The notes beneath the pieces are model-generated. The model was not told where the DNA came from. It saw only the letters and a list, made by a program, of their open reading frames with translations, and made no database searches. The position numbers and the translations under genes were made by a program. Shown here piece by piece: positions 36,054 to 47,679 of a DNA stretch of 64,000 nucleotides. The DNA comes from Desulfovirgula sp. (GTDB lineage: Bacteria > Bacillota > Desulfotomaculia > Desulfotomaculales > Desulfocucumaceae): positions 20,805 through 84,804 of the forward strand of contig DYET01000052.1 of assembly GCA_020725625.1 (NCBI GenBank), given 5' to 3'. Positions within the stretch are counted from its first letter, which is position 1, and every line of letters begins with the position of its first letter.

Positions 36054-36686
36054 ATGTTCCGGAGAATCCGCTGGTTTATCACCGCCGCCGCGATTACGCT
36101 GACCGTAGCCCTGGCGGTTTTCCTAATCACTGGTTTAATGGCCGGGCCCCTCGCCGGCCCCTTGTTTTCCGTTTTCGGCCAGGGCAAGGCCGGGGTGGTT
36201 GCCCCGGGGGCCACACTGAAGGAAGAGAACTGCTACCTTTGCGGGGACGTTGAGCTTGTATACCAGGCCCCGGCTCCGGCAGAGATGCTGGGCAAGGGCC
36301 TGGAAGACCTGCGCCGCAAGTATCCCGAAAAAGACGGCTGGTCGGTGGAAATAAAAAATGAAAGGCTCGTGGTGCTGAGGAAAAATGTTGACGGCTTTTG
36401 CGGACAGCACAGCCTGTACCGGCACCTGGGCATTTACAGGGACAGGCTGGCGGTGTACCAAGGCCCGCTGGGCTTCGATCAGAGGCTCCTGAGGGTGGAG
36501 GAAAAGAAAAAGGTGGAAAACCTTCCCCGGACCCTGCGGGAGAAACTGCAAAAGTCCCGGGAATTCAACCGGCTGCCGGCCGAAGAGAAGTCCAGCCTGA
36601 GGTCCGACCTGGAGTTCATTGACGAGACCGCCCTCAACAGCGTTCTGGAAAACCTGGACGAGGTAACGGACGGGGGACGGGAATGA
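36054..36686 (+). CDS. Membrane-anchored protein, possibly BofC-like (C-terminal domain)
   Basis: N-terminal TM helix. The LGIYRDRLAVYQGP segment resembles the BofC-type domain. Its position upstream of the ruv genes matches the B. subtilis bofC-ruvA synteny. The family call is tentative. Confidence 0.45.
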   Translation: MFRRIRWFITAAAITLTVALAVFLITGLMAGPLAGPLFSVFGQGKAGVVAPGATLKEENCYLCGDVELVYQAPAPAEMLGKGLEDLRRKYPEKDGWSVEIKNERLVVLRKNVDGFCGQHSLYRHLGIYRDRLAVYQGPLGFDQRLLRVEEKKKVENLPRTLREKLQKSREFNRLPAEEKSSLRSDLEFIDETALNSVLENLDEVTDGGRE

Positions 36687-36808
36687 TTTAATCCCGGTGG
36701 GCAAAGATTTTCGAAGGCCGGGGCTGATTTTTTCGCCCCGGAAGGAAATTGGCAGCAGGTCCAAGAATTAACTTGTATCTTTAAATCAGTTGGTTGGAGT
36801 GAAATATT

Positions 36809-37300
36809 TTGATTATCCTGGGGATTGATCCAGGCACCGCGCTCACCGGCTACGGTGTCATCGGTTACTCGGGGGGGAACTTCCGGGTTTATGGTTATGG
36901 GGCTATCAGGACCCATTCCGGGATGGGCCTGCCGGGGCGGCTTGCTTTGATCTACCGGGATTTGACCGGAATTATAAATAAATACCGGCCGGACCACCTG
37001 GCTGTTGAAGAGCTGTTTTTCAACAAAAACGCCAAGACTGCCCTGGCGGTGGGACACGCCAGGGGAGTGGCCATCCTTGCGGCGGTGCGGTCGGACATTC
37101 CGGTTTTCGAATACACGCCCCTGCAGGTAAAGCAGGCCGTGGTGGGCCAGGGGAGGGCGGCCAAGGAGCAGGTGCAGTTCATGGTCAGAACCCTTCTCTG
37201 CCTGAGTGAAAATCCCAGTCCTGACGACGTGGCCGATGCCCTGGCGGTGGGCATATGCCACGCCTTCAGATGGTCGGGCACGGAGGCGCTGCGGAGATGA
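36809..37300 (+). CDS. ruvC: Crossover junction endodeoxyribonuclease RuvC
   Basis: (M)[17 protein letters not shown] with a TTG start. RNase-H-fold catalytic acidic residues. Confidence 0.92.
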   Translation: MIILGIDPGTALTGYGVIGYSGGNFRVYGYGAIRTHSGMGLPGRLALIYRDLTGIINKYRPDHLAVEELFFNKNAKTALAVGHARGVAILAAVRSDIPVFEYTPLQVKQAVVGQGRAAKEQVQFMVRTLLCLSENPSPDDVADALAVGICHAFRWSGTEALRR

Positions 37301-37899
37301 TCGCGTTTCTAAGGGGCAACCTGCATGCCGTCAACGGGGACAACGTCATAGTGGATGTCAACGGAGTGGGCTACCTGGTTCAGGTGCCCTTGTCGATGCT
37401 GGCCGGGCTGCCCTCCCCCGGGGGCGAGGTGGTTCTGCACACCTTTATGGCGGTCCGGGAGGACGGAGTCAGCCTGTACGGTTTTGATACCGTGGAGGCC
37501 CTTGAGGTTTTCCGCCTGCTGCTGAATGTGAACGGGGTGGGTCCGAGGGGAGCCTTAAGCCTTCTGTCGGTGATGACTCCCGGGGGACTGGCCGCGGCCG
37601 TGAGGGAAGAAAACGCTGCCCTTTTGTCCAGGGCGCCGGGTATAGGCAAAAAAATCGCCCAGAGGGTAATCCTTGAACTGAAGGACAAGCTGAGGGCAGT
37701 CATTCACCCGGCCGTTGCGGCGGTGTCCGGCGGGCAGGAGGGGAAAAGCCGGGATGCGGTGGAGGCCCTGGTCTCCCTGGGCTTTGGGCCTTCCCAGGCC
37801 GCCCTGGCAGTGGGCAGAGCTGTCCGGGAACTGGGGCCAGGGGCTCCCCCGGCCGAAATGGTGCGTTATGCCCTCAGGCAGCTGGCTGAGAGGAAGTGA
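37297..37899 (+). CDS. ruvA: Holliday junction DNA helicase subunit RuvA
   Basis: MIAFLRGNL...VNGVGY, with HhH motifs ([22 protein letters not shown]). The ATG overlaps the ruvC stop (ATGA). Confidence 0.92.
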   Translation: MIAFLRGNLHAVNGDNVIVDVNGVGYLVQVPLSMLAGLPSPGGEVVLHTFMAVREDGVSLYGFDTVEALEVFRLLLNVNGVGPRGALSLLSVMTPGGLAAAVREENAALLSRAPGIGKKIAQRVILELKDKLRAVIHPAVAAVSGGQEGKSRDAVEALVSLGFGPSQAALAVGRAVRELGPGAPPAEMVRYALRQLAERK

Positions 37900-38019
37900 G
37901 AGGTGGGAAGCGGGAACGGGGTCGGGACACGGGATCCCAGCCCGCGCCGGCCGGTCCGGGGTCCGCGACTGTGCCCCTCCGGCCCCGGCTTTCCCACAAC
38001 GCGGTAAGGGGATGGTTTA

Positions 38020-39072
38020 ATGATTGACCGGAACCCCGGGGAAAGAATAATTTCGGCCGCAGCCCGGCGGGAGGATCTTGAGGCCGATTTAACCTTAAGG
38101 CCCCGCAGGCTGTCGGAATACATCGGGCAGCAAAAGGTGAAGGAAACCATTGGGGTATTCATCCGCGCGGCCAGGGAAAGGGGGGAGTGCCTGGACCACG
38201 TCCTCCTTTACGGACCCCCCGGGCTTGGAAAAACCACCCTGGCCAACATCATTGCCAACGAGATGCAGGTAAGCATAAGGGTGACTTCGGGGCCTGCCAT
38301 TGAAAGGCCCGGCGACCTGGCTGCCATTCTGACCAACCTGTCCCCGGGAGACGTGCTTTTCATCGACGAGGTTCACCGGCTCAGCAGGCCGGTGGAGGAA
38401 ATACTTTACCCGGCCATGGAGGACCACGCCATCGACATCGTCATCGGGAAAGGGCCGGGAGCCCGGTCCATAAGGCTGGATTTGCCCCCTTTCACGATGA
38501 TTGGGGCGACTACCAGGGCCGGGCTGGTTACTTCCCCCCTGCGGGACCGCTTCGGGGTCATCAGCAGGCTTGATTATTACAGCGAAACCGACCTGACGGC
38601 CATCATAACCAGGACGGCCTCCATCCTCAAGGTGGAAATAGATCCGGAGGGGGCGGGCGAAATAAGCAGGAGGTCCAGGGGCACCCCCCGGGTGGCCAAC
38701 AGGCTCCTGAAAAGGGTGCGGGATTACTCCCAGGTCAGGCGCGGCGGGGCGATCAGCCGGGAGGTGGCCGTCGAGGCCCTGGAGTTTATGGAAGTTGACC
38801 CCCTGGGACTGGATGAAATCGACCGGCGGCTGCTGCGTATAATAATAGAGAAATTCAACGGCGGCCCGGTGGGCCTGGATACCGTTGCGGCGGCGGTGGG
38901 CGAGGAAGCGGACACGGTTGAAGACGTTTACGAGCCGTATCTGATGCAGAAGGGCCTGCTGGCCCGGACTCCCCGCGGCCGGGTGGCTACCGCCGCGGCG
39001 TACCGTCACCTGGGGATAAATTATGAGGAAAAGGCCGGGGGGGCGGATCAGGGAACCCTGCCGCTGCGGTAA
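38020..39072 (+). CDS. ruvB: Holliday junction branch-migration DNA helicase RuvB
   Basis: [23 protein letters not shown] and DEVHRL motifs. Confidence 0.95.
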   Translation: MIDRNPGERIISAAARREDLEADLTLRPRRLSEYIGQQKVKETIGVFIRAARERGECLDHVLLYGPPGLGKTTLANIIANEMQVSIRVTSGPAIERPGDLAAILTNLSPGDVLFIDEVHRLSRPVEEILYPAMEDHAIDIVIGKGPGARSIRLDLPPFTMIGATTRAGLVTSPLRDRFGVISRLDYYSETDLTAIITRTASILKVEIDPEGAGEISRRSRGTPRVANRLLKRVRDYSQVRRGGAISREVAVEALEFMEVDPLGLDEIDRRLLRIIIEKFNGGPVGLDTVAAAVGEEADTVEDVYEPYLMQKGLLARTPRGRVATAAAYRHLGINYEEKAGGADQGTLPLR

Positions 39073-39127
39073 GGAAATTCGAAAGTCAACAGTTAAAAAG
39101 TGCAAGGAGGTACTTCCGGCCCGGAAA

Positions 39128-39676
39128 ATGAAGGTTTTAATTCATACGTGCTGCGGCCCCTGCTCCATTTACCCGGTGGAGGTGCTGCAAAAAGAGGTGG
39201 AGGTGGCCGGCTTTTTTTTCAACCCGAATATCCACCCTTTCACCGAATGGAGGGCCAGAAGGGAGACAATGGCCCGGTATGCGGCGGATATAGGGCTGGA
39301 AATGATATTTGACGACGGCTACCTGCTTGAGGAATTTATCCGGGGCGCGATCAGCCAAGAGGGTGACAGGTGCGCCTTTTGCTACCGGATGAGGCTGCAC
39401 CGTGCCGCCGCCGCCGCCCGGGAGAACAATTTCGATGCTTTTTCAACCACCCTGCTGGTAAGTCCCCACCAGAAGCACGGGCTGGTCAGGGAGGCAGGCG
39501 AGGCTGCGGCCCGGGAAACAGGCATAGAGTTTCTTTACCGGGATTTCCGTCCCGGGTACCGGGAGGCGGTGGCCCGGTCCAGGGAACTAGGCATGTACAG
39601 GCAGAAGTACTGCGGCTGCATCTTCAGTGAAAAGGAAAGGTACTACCGGCCCAGGGACGGGAGGGTTGGGTCTTGA
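39128..39676 (+). CDS. queH: Epoxyqueuosine reductase QueH (DUF208)
   Basis: MKVLIHTCCGPCS ... CAFCY ... CGCIFS cysteine pattern of QueH. The upstream part of track ORF 39023.. overlaps ruvB. Confidence 0.85.
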   Translation: MKVLIHTCCGPCSIYPVEVLQKEVEVAGFFFNPNIHPFTEWRARRETMARYAADIGLEMIFDDGYLLEEFIRGAISQEGDRCAFCYRMRLHRAAAAARENNFDAFSTTLLVSPHQKHGLVREAGEAAARETGIEFLYRDFRPGYREAVARSRELGMYRQKYCGCIFSEKERYYRPRDGRVGS

Positions 39677-39900
39677 ACGGATCGTTTTTTTCAGCGGGCA
39701 AATTGATTCTCCTGTTGGGGATTTTTCTGGTCGTTTTCGGCATATTGATGATAGCCGCCGGCAAGCTGTTCAACCTGGGCCGCCTGCCCGGCGACATATT
39801 CATCCAGAGGGGTAATTTCACCTTTTATTTCCCCCTTGTATCCTCGATAATCCTGAGCATTATCCTGACCCTGATCCTGAATGTGATTTTCCGGAGGTGA
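39673..39900 (+). CDS. DUF2905-family small membrane protein
   Basis: LGRLPGDI...FYFPLVSSIILSIILTLILN pattern. TTG start overlapping the queH stop. Confidence 0.75.
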   Translation: MNGSFFSAGKLILLLGIFLVVFGILMIAAGKLFNLGRLPGDIFIQRGNFTFYFPLVSSIILSIILTLILNVIFRR

Positions 39901-40006
39901 TTTCGCCGGCTCACGGGTAACGGCTCCTCCGGCGTTTTTGATTTCCGGCAGGAAAATCCTTGCATTCTGTCGAAGATATGCGAAAAAATTGCTGCCGGAG
40001 GTCATC

Positions 40007-41428
40007 ATGGGTACAGACTGCAGATCCAGATTATGGCAGACAATCCTTTTGTTTTTACCTGTCTTTTTGTTTGCGGCGCATTTCCCGGGGGCCGAAAGCC
40101 GGGCCAGTGCGGCCCCGAAAACGGTCCGGGTGGGACTGGTTCAGGATGTGCAGGCGCAGGATTTCAACGTCCGGGGCAAGTACCGGCTGCTGGGTCCGGG
40201 CGGGGAGTTTTACGGCCACGTGCTGCCCGGCGAGCGCTGGCAGGCCGCCCTGGCCGGAGGCAGGATCCAGCTCTATAAGAACGGGCAGCCGGCCGGATTT
40301 TACGGAAATTCCGTTATCTTGCGGCAGGCCAGGCCGACGGTGTCGGTCCTGGGAGGAAGCGGCGCCCAAAAAAGTTTGGCGGCTGATGAACGCCTCCCGG
40401 TGGTGACCGACGGGGGCCGGGTTTCGTTCCTGGCAGAGGGGGCAGACAGGATAAACGTAATCAGTGATTCGGGTACGGCGGCGATCCAGTGGGGCGGGGA
40501 ACTGAATCTGGTCACCTTGATGATCAGCAGTCGCCTTCAGAATTACCGCGGGGACGTGGAGTTCAGGGTCCAGGGAAAGGGGATCACGGTGATCAATGAA
40601 CTCCCCCTGGAGGAGTACCTGTACGGAGTAGTTCCCAGGGAGATGCCGGCCGACTGGCCCGCGGAGGCCCAGAAGGCCCAGGCGGTGGCCGCCCGGAGCT
40701 ATGCCCTGGCCATGCTGGGGACTTATAAGGAATACGGTTTCGACCTCCTGTCTACGCAGCTGAACCAGGTGTACGGAGGCTTCAATGCCGAGCATCCAAA
40801 CTCCAGCAGGGCCGTCGATGAAACCAGGGGCCAGGTTCTGTACTGCCGGGACAAGCCCGTGAGCGCTTACTTTCACAGCAGCAGCGGCGGCTTTATTGAA
40901 TATTCCCAGGATGTGTGGCGGGAGGCCGTGGACTTCCTCAAGGCCAAGCCGGACCCGTACGACAACAATGACAAGCACTATAACTGGCTGGTGGTTTACA
41001 GCCAGGAACAACTGGTCAACCAGTTGAAGGATAGACGGGACCTCTACAACAGGGAAGGTGATCCCGAAAGGGTTTTCGCCAGGGTGGACGATATCGAGGT
41101 CCTGGAAAAGACCTCTTCCGGGGCGAGGGTCAAAAAAATCAGGATTACCGGTCAGGACGCCGCGGGAAAACCCCTTTCGGTGGAGCTCTCCAACGCCGAC
41201 AGGGTTCGCGCGGCCTTGGGCCTAAAGAGCGCCTTTTTTGAACTGACCAAAACCAAGGGGCCCGACGGCAGGTTGAAAGAGGTCAGGATAAAGGGATCGG
41301 GCTTCGGCCACGGGCTTGGCATGTCCCAGTACGGGTCCCTCGGCATGGCCAACAAAGGTTATAATTACCAGGATATTTTGAAATACTATTATAGTAATAT
41401 CGAAATCAGGCAGTTAAGCGAAAAATGA
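40007..41428 (+). CDS. SpoIID/LytB-domain protein (sporulation-type lytic transglycosylase/amidase enhancer)
   Basis: EEYLYGVVPREMPADWPAEAQKAQAVAARSYAL, a SGHGLGMSQYG-like motif (FGHGLGMSQYGS) and a signal peptide. ATG follows GGAGG. Confidence 0.85.
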   Translation: MGTDCRSRLWQTILLFLPVFLFAAHFPGAESRASAAPKTVRVGLVQDVQAQDFNVRGKYRLLGPGGEFYGHVLPGERWQAALAGGRIQLYKNGQPAGFYGNSVILRQARPTVSVLGGSGAQKSLAADERLPVVTDGGRVSFLAEGADRINVISDSGTAAIQWGGELNLVTLMISSRLQNYRGDVEFRVQGKGITVINELPLEEYLYGVVPREMPADWPAEAQKAQAVAARSYALAMLGTYKEYGFDLLSTQLNQVYGGFNAEHPNSSRAVDETRGQVLYCRDKPVSAYFHSSSGGFIEYSQDVWREAVDFLKAKPDPYDNNDKHYNWLVVYSQEQLVNQLKDRRDLYNREGDPERVFARVDDIEVLEKTSSGARVKKIRITGQDAAGKPLSVELSNADRVRAALGLKSAFFELTKTKGPDGRLKEVRIKGSGFGHGLGMSQYGSLGMANKGYNYQDILKYYYSNIEIRQLSEK

Positions 41429-41473
41429 CTGCCGCCGGTTTCCCGGGCCCCTTTTTCCATCTTTAGATTTCGG

Positions 41474-42511
41474 GTGATCTGTTTGAAGGTAAGCGAATTC
41501 GATTACGACCTCCCCGATCACCTGATCGCCCAGGATCCTCTTGCGTGCAGGGATGAGTCGAGGCTGATGGTGGTCCGCAGGGAGAACGAATCCTTTGAAC
41601 ACAGAAAGTTCAGGGATATTGTGGAATACCTCAGTCCGGGGGACGTTCTGGTCGTCAACAACACCAGGGTGATACCGGCGAGGCTGATGGGCGTCAAGGA
41701 GGGCACCGGGGGAGAGGTAGAGGTCCTCCTGCTGAAAAAAAAAGAGGACCTTCTCTGGGAAGCCCTGGTCAGACCCGGGCGCCGGGCGAGGCCCGGAACC
41801 AGCCTGGATTTTGGAAAGGGCACCCTGAAAGGTACGATTCTTGACAGCACCGAGGTGGGAGGCCGCCTGATCCGGTTTGAATGCCCCGGGTCCTTTGAGG
41901 AGGCGCTGTACAGGGTGGGCATGATGCCCCTGCCGCCCTACATCAAGAAATACCCGGCCGACCCGCGGCGGTACCAGACTGTGTACGCCGACCGGGAGGG
42001 ATCGGTGGCAGCGCCGACCGCAGGGCTTCACTTTACCGGCGAACTGCTGGATAGAATAAGGGGTGCTGGTGTCAGGGTGGTGGCGGTGCTGCTCCACGTG
42101 GGCCTGGGTACCTTCAGGCCGGTGACGGTCCCGGAAGTGGAAAGCCACCACATGCACGAGGAGTACTATGAAATCTCTCCGGAGACCGCCGGGGTCATTA
42201 ACGAGGCGGCCCGGAGCCCGGACAGAAGGGTCATTGCGGTGGGAACAACCACCGTGCGCTGCCTGGAAACCGTTGCTGACGAGCAGGGCCAGGTTGGCGC
42301 CGGCGCGGGGTACACCGGCATTTTTATCTACCCCGGATATAAATTCAAGGTTGTGGAGGGCCTGGTAACCAATTTTCACCTGCCCAGATCGACCCTGATC
42401 ATGATGGTCAGCGCCTTCGCCGGCCGGGAAAAGATTTTAAGGGCGTACCGCGAGGCGGTGGAAAGAAGGTACCGGTTCTTTAGCTTTGGAGACGCGATGC
42501 TGATACTCTGA
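41474..42511 (+). CDS. queA: S-adenosylmethionine:tRNA ribosyltransferase-isomerase QueA
   Basis: KVSEFDYDLPDHLIAQDPL and TNFHLPRSTL motifs. The start is GTG 41474 or in-frame TTG 41483. Confidence 0.93.
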   Translation: MICLKVSEFDYDLPDHLIAQDPLACRDESRLMVVRRENESFEHRKFRDIVEYLSPGDVLVVNNTRVIPARLMGVKEGTGGEVEVLLLKKKEDLLWEALVRPGRRARPGTSLDFGKGTLKGTILDSTEVGGRLIRFECPGSFEEALYRVGMMPLPPYIKKYPADPRRYQTVYADREGSVAAPTAGLHFTGELLDRIRGAGVRVVAVLLHVGLGTFRPVTVPEVESHHMHEEYYEISPETAGVINEAARSPDRRVIAVGTTTVRCLETVADEQGQVGAGAGYTGIFIYPGYKFKVVEGLVTNFHLPRSTLIMMVSAFAGREKILRAYREAVERRYRFFSFGDAMLIL

Positions 42512-42709
42512 GGCGTTGCTATAGGGTCAGGAGACAGGAGACTACAGGAGACAGGAGAAAAATTAGATAGTGAAACAGAGTACGGAAGAATTGCAAAATA
42601 TATTCTGGATACTGTTTCCTGTCTACTGCATAACATTATGTATGGTATTACTTTGGGTCAGAATTCATTTTAGATGAGAGTATGATTTTGCTCTTAATTA
42701 ATGTTTTGA

Positions 42710-43831
<1,122 letters not shown>

Positions 43832-43911
43832 TATTTTACAAAAAAAATAGAGGGAATTGACCAAACTCCGAAGAATAAAAGACTTTGTGGAAAGGAGGTT
43901 GGGTAAGAGTA

Positions 43912-44196
43912 ATGGAGCAGTACGGAACCATAATTTACATTGTATTGCTTTTCGGCCTTCTATATTTCCTGATGATCAGGCCTCAGCAGCAGCGACAGAA
44001 AAAACACCAGGAAATGATCAGGAACATCAAGGTAAACGACAAAGTGGTCACTGCCGGCGGTTTATACGGAACCGTTGTGAAGGTAAAGGAAGACACCTTC
44101 ATAGTGCGGGTGGCTGACAACGTGCGTGTCGAGGTCCTTAAGACAGCTATCGGCCAAGTGCGGGAATCCGCACCCGATGAAGAAGAAAAGGATTAA
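43912..44196 (+). CDS. yajC: Preprotein translocase subunit YajC
   Basis: LLYFLMIRPQQQRQKKHQEM...GGLYGTVV is canonical YajC. The track ORF begins 9 codons earlier. Confidence 0.9.
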   Translation: MEQYGTIIYIVLLFGLLYFLMIRPQQQRQKKHQEMIRNIKVNDKVVTAGGLYGTVVKVKEDTFIVRVADNVRVEVLKTAIGQVRESAPDEEEKD

Positions 44197-44255
44197 CCGG
44201 GCCGGGCGCCGATAAGGCCGTCGGCCTTGAATGCTGAATAGACCGGTCTCCGCTA

Positions 44256-44285
44256 AGCACCATGGAGAGTAGGCAGGAAGTCTAC
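44256..44285 (+). terminator. Intrinsic terminator after yajC
   Basis: GAGAGTAG-9nt-CTACTCTC followed by TTTCT. Confidence 0.65.
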
Positions 44286-44353
44286 TCTCTTTCTCCGCAA
44301 GGGATAATTTTCCATTTTAACCGCGGTGAGGTTAAATATACCAGGGAGATAAC

Positions 44354-45013
44354 ATGATAACCTTAGAAGACATCAAGAACAACCCGGTGGTGGACAGCTT
44401 TATCAGGAAGGGAAACCAGTACCTGGGAACCATGGGCTTTACCGATCACAGCTACCGCCACGTCAACCTGGTCAGCAATATCGCCCGAAAAATCCTGGAA
44501 AGACTGGGGTATTCCCGCAGGGAGGCCGAGCTTGCCGCCATCGCCGGCTATCTGCACGACATCGGCAACGTGGTGAGCAGGAACGACCACGGGATTACAG
44601 GGGCTGTAATCGTCTACCCCATTTTCATGGGTTTGGGGATGGATCCTGACGAGGTGGCGGTTTTGCTGTCGGCCATCGCCAATCACGAGGAGCAGTACGG
44701 CCAGCCGGTCAACCCCGTGGCCGCCGCCCTGATTTTGGCCGACAAGTCCGACGTGCACCGTTCGAGGGTGCGCAATCCAGATTTCGCCACCTTTGACATC
44801 CACGACCGGGTCAACTACGCCGCCGAGAATTCGTCAGTCCTGGTGGACCCGGAGAACAGAACAATCACCATGGACCTGACCATAGACATCGAGATTTGCC
44901 CGGTCATGGAATACTTTGAAATCTTTCTGACCAGGATGATGCTGTGCCGCCGCGCCGCGGGCTTTTTAAACTGCAATTTCGAATTGATTATAAACGGATC
45001 CAAGCTGTTGTAA
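44354..45013 (+). CDS. HD-domain phosphohydrolase
   Basis: H...HD motif (YRHVNLV ... GYLHDIGN). Confidence 0.8.
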   Translation: MITLEDIKNNPVVDSFIRKGNQYLGTMGFTDHSYRHVNLVSNIARKILERLGYSRREAELAAIAGYLHDIGNVVSRNDHGITGAVIVYPIFMGLGMDPDEVAVLLSAIANHEEQYGQPVNPVAAALILADKSDVHRSRVRNPDFATFDIHDRVNYAAENSSVLVDPENRTITMDLTIDIEICPVMEYFEIFLTRMMLCRRAAGFLNCNFELIINGSKLL

Positions 45014-45045
45014 CAAACCTGTATGGTAGGGGGGAGAGAGCTAAT

Positions 45046-46293
45046 ATGAGGTGGAGTAAGGTTGTCACCCTGGTGCTGATCGTGGCCGCGGTGGCCCTGG
45101 CGGCGGTAATAACCGTCTCACCGGTGTTTGAAAACAACCAGTACACCAAGAAATACCTGCCTTTGATGAAGGGCATCAACCTGGGGCTCGACCTCCAGGG
45201 AGGCGTACACGTGGTGGTGGAGGCCAAGGATACCCCCGAGGTGAAGGTAACCAAAGAGGCCATGAGGCAGTTGAGGGCTGTCATTCAGAACAGGGTCGAC
45301 CAGTTCCACGTGGCCGAGCCGGTCATCCAGCAGCAGGGCGACCGCAGGCTGATCATCGAGCTGGCCGGCATTAAAGATCCCGAAAACGCGGTTAACACGA
45401 TGGTAAAGACGGCCTTCCTGGAATTCAAGGACCCCTCCGGCCAGACCGTGGTTACCGGGAAGGACCTTAAAGATGCCCTGGAGTCCAAGGACCCCACATC
45501 AGGGGCGGTGGAAGTAAACCTCACATTTAATGAAGAAGGGGCAAGGAAGTTTGCCCAGGCGACCACGGCCAACGTGGGAAGACAAATCGAAATTGTGCTG
45601 GACGGAATCACATTGCAATCCCCCACGGTGCAGGAGCCGATAACCAACGGCAAGGCCCGCATCACGGGCTACCAGTCCCTTGAGGAGGCCCACCGCATCG
45701 CCGTCCTCCTCCGGTCGGGCGCCCTGCCGGTGAAGGTGGAAGTGGTGGAGAAAAGAACTATCGGTCCCGCCCTTGGAGCCGACTCCCTGGCCAAGTCCCA
45801 GCACGCCGGCGTGGTTGGAATCACGGCCATACTGGTGTTCATGCTGATGTACTACCGGCTGCCCGGCCTGCTGGCCAATTTTGCCCTGGTTATATATACG
45901 ATTATTGTACTTTGGGTATTTTCGGGATTTCATGTGACCATGACCTTGCCGGGTATCGCCGGCTTTCTGCTGTCGCTGGGGATCGCAGTGGACGCCAACG
46001 TGATCATATTCGAGCGCATCAAGGAGGAACTGCGCGGGGGCAGAAGCCTCCGGGCGGCCATAGACGCGGGTTTCAAGCGGGGCTTTGTGGCCGTGTTTGA
46101 CGCCAACACGACCACCGTCCTGGCGGCACTGGTGTTGTTATTCCTGGCTCCCAGCAATGTCAAGGGTTTTGCCGTCACCCTGATTATCGGTATCGGGGCC
46201 AGCATGTTCACCGCCATAACCATGACCCGCTGGCTGCTGCACCTGGTGGCGGCCACCAACTTGGTCAAAAATCCAAGGTATTTCGGGGCGTAG
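45046..46293 (+). CDS. secD: Protein translocase subunit SecD
   Basis: LGLDLQGGVHVV and GPALGADSL motifs. ATG 45046; the upstream part of track ORF 44944.. overlaps the HD gene. Confidence 0.93.
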   Translation: MRWSKVVTLVLIVAAVALAAVITVSPVFENNQYTKKYLPLMKGINLGLDLQGGVHVVVEAKDTPEVKVTKEAMRQLRAVIQNRVDQFHVAEPVIQQQGDRRLIIELAGIKDPENAVNTMVKTAFLEFKDPSGQTVVTGKDLKDALESKDPTSGAVEVNLTFNEEGARKFAQATTANVGRQIEIVLDGITLQSPTVQEPITNGKARITGYQSLEEAHRIAVLLRSGALPVKVEVVEKRTIGPALGADSLAKSQHAGVVGITAILVFMLMYYRLPGLLANFALVIYTIIVLWVFSGFHVTMTLPGIAGFLLSLGIAVDANVIIFERIKEELRGGRSLRAAIDAGFKRGFVAVFDANTTTVLAALVLLFLAPSNVKGFAVTLIIGIGASMFTAITMTRWLLHLVAATNLVKNPRYFGA

Positions 46294-46304
46294 GGGGGAT
46301 AAGG

Positions 46305-47183
46305 ATGTTTCACTTTATCAGACACAGAAGAATATTTTACCTGCTGTCCATGCTGATTGTTTTGCCGGGCCTTATTTCCCTTGCCTTCCGGGGGCTAAAT
46401 CTGGGCATCGACTTCACCAGCGGCAGTATCATGGAGGTGCGGTTCGACAAGACTGTCCAGGTTGAACAGGTAAGGGCGGTGGTCAGGGACCAGGGCCTTG
46501 AGGCCGGCCGGATCCAGCAGAGCGGCGACCGGGACTTTTTGATCCGGACCACCAAGCTGACCCAGGAGGACAGCAGGAAGCTGATGGATTCCTTTGCCGG
46601 CAGGATCGGCAAGGCGGAGTTGTTGAGAAACGAGTACGTGGACCCCATCATCAGCACCGAACTGTTCTGGAAAGCCCTGGGGGCGCTGTCCATCGCCTCG
46701 GTGCTGATGGTCATCTACATTACCATCAGGTTTGAGTTCAAGCAGGGCATCGCCGCCATTATCGCCCTGCTGCACGACAGCCTGGTGGTGATCGGGTTTT
46801 TCTCCCTGTTCCGCATCGAGGTGGACAGCGCTTTTATAGCCGCCATCCTGACCATAATCGGTTATTCCATCAACGATACCATTGTCATCTTCGACCGGAT
46901 CAGGGAAAACCTGCGCGCCCAGAAGAAGGGGCAGTCCCTGGAGGACCTGGTCAACCTGAGTATCTGGCAAACCCTGGCCCGGTCGATAAACACGGTGCTG
47001 ACGGTCATGTTCGTGCTGCTGGCCCTCTATGTCTTGGGGGGTTCCACCATCAAGAACTTTGTCCTGGCCATGCTCATCGGGGTGGCCAGCGGAGCATACT
47101 CCTCGATATTCAACGCCAGCCCCGTCTGGGTGGACCTGAGGCTGATGGAGAAAAGAAACAGAAGGCAGCCCGCCAGGGCATGA
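46305..47183 (+). CDS. secF: Protein translocase subunit SecF
   Basis: GIDFTSGS and the SINDTIVIFDRIRE motif. Confidence 0.93.
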   Translation: MFHFIRHRRIFYLLSMLIVLPGLISLAFRGLNLGIDFTSGSIMEVRFDKTVQVEQVRAVVRDQGLEAGRIQQSGDRDFLIRTTKLTQEDSRKLMDSFAGRIGKAELLRNEYVDPIISTELFWKALGALSIASVLMVIYITIRFEFKQGIAAIIALLHDSLVVIGFFSLFRIEVDSAFIAAILTIIGYSINDTIVIFDRIRENLRAQKKGQSLEDLVNLSIWQTLARSINTVLTVMFVLLALYVLGGSTIKNFVLAMLIGVASGAYSSIFNASPVWVDLRLMEKRNRRQPARA

Positions 47184-47232
47184 ATTGCCCAAAAGTACAA
47201 ACATCCACCGGAATAGAATCCGGAATGCCAGG

Positions 47233-47261
47233 CCGCCGGGAGAACCCGGCGGTTTGTTTTT
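47233..47261 (+). terminator. Intrinsic terminator after secF
   Basis: CCGCCGGG-agaa-CCCGGCGG followed by TTTGTTTTT. Confidence 0.85.
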
Positions 47262-47342
47262 AACAGCAAGGGGTACGGGAATCACTGTTTTTATGGCTAA
47301 TATTATATTAGAGGTGAAAAACTAACCGGAGGAGGTAGTCCG

Positions 47343-47654
47343 GTGCGGGGGAACAGCCTTGAAGACGCGGTGGAGAAGCTGCAGCGGAAGGTTGCGGAGT
47401 TGTCCCTCAACATCGAAAAGATGAAGCTGGCCGAGTACGTGGACCTGCTGCACAGTCCCTGGCGGCTCCTGTGGATTAATTTCGTGTCCGGTATCGCCAG
47501 GGGTCTGGGAATAGCAGTGGGGTTCGCCGTTCTGGGAGCGGTTATCGTAATCTTCCTGCAAAGGCTGGTTGACCTGAACCTGCCGGTAATCGGGGGCTTT
47601 ATCGCCGACATTGTTGAAATAGTCCAGCAACAGCTTAAAATCAGGGGTTATTAG
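47343..47654 (+). CDS. Small membrane protein, DUF5665-like
   Basis: 103 aa with an N-terminal coiled segment then NFVSGIARGLGIAVGFAVLGA. GGAGGAGG RBS before the GTG. The family name is from memory and tentative. Confidence 0.6.
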   Translation: MRGNSLEDAVEKLQRKVAELSLNIEKMKLAEYVDLLHSPWRLLWINFVSGIARGLGIAVGFAVLGAVIVIFLQRLVDLNLPVIGGFIADIVEIVQQQLKIRGY

Positions 47655-47679
47655 AACAAATTAAACCGGAGGTCATAGG

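Noticed and set aside
42545-42575. preQ1 riboswitch upstream of tgt (the AGGAGAAAAATTAGAT tail resembles AAAAAACUA).
   Set aside because: There is no 5-bp P1 hairpin with the conserved loop immediately upstream, and the A-tail is only partly similar. tgt is not a typical preQ1-riboswitch target.
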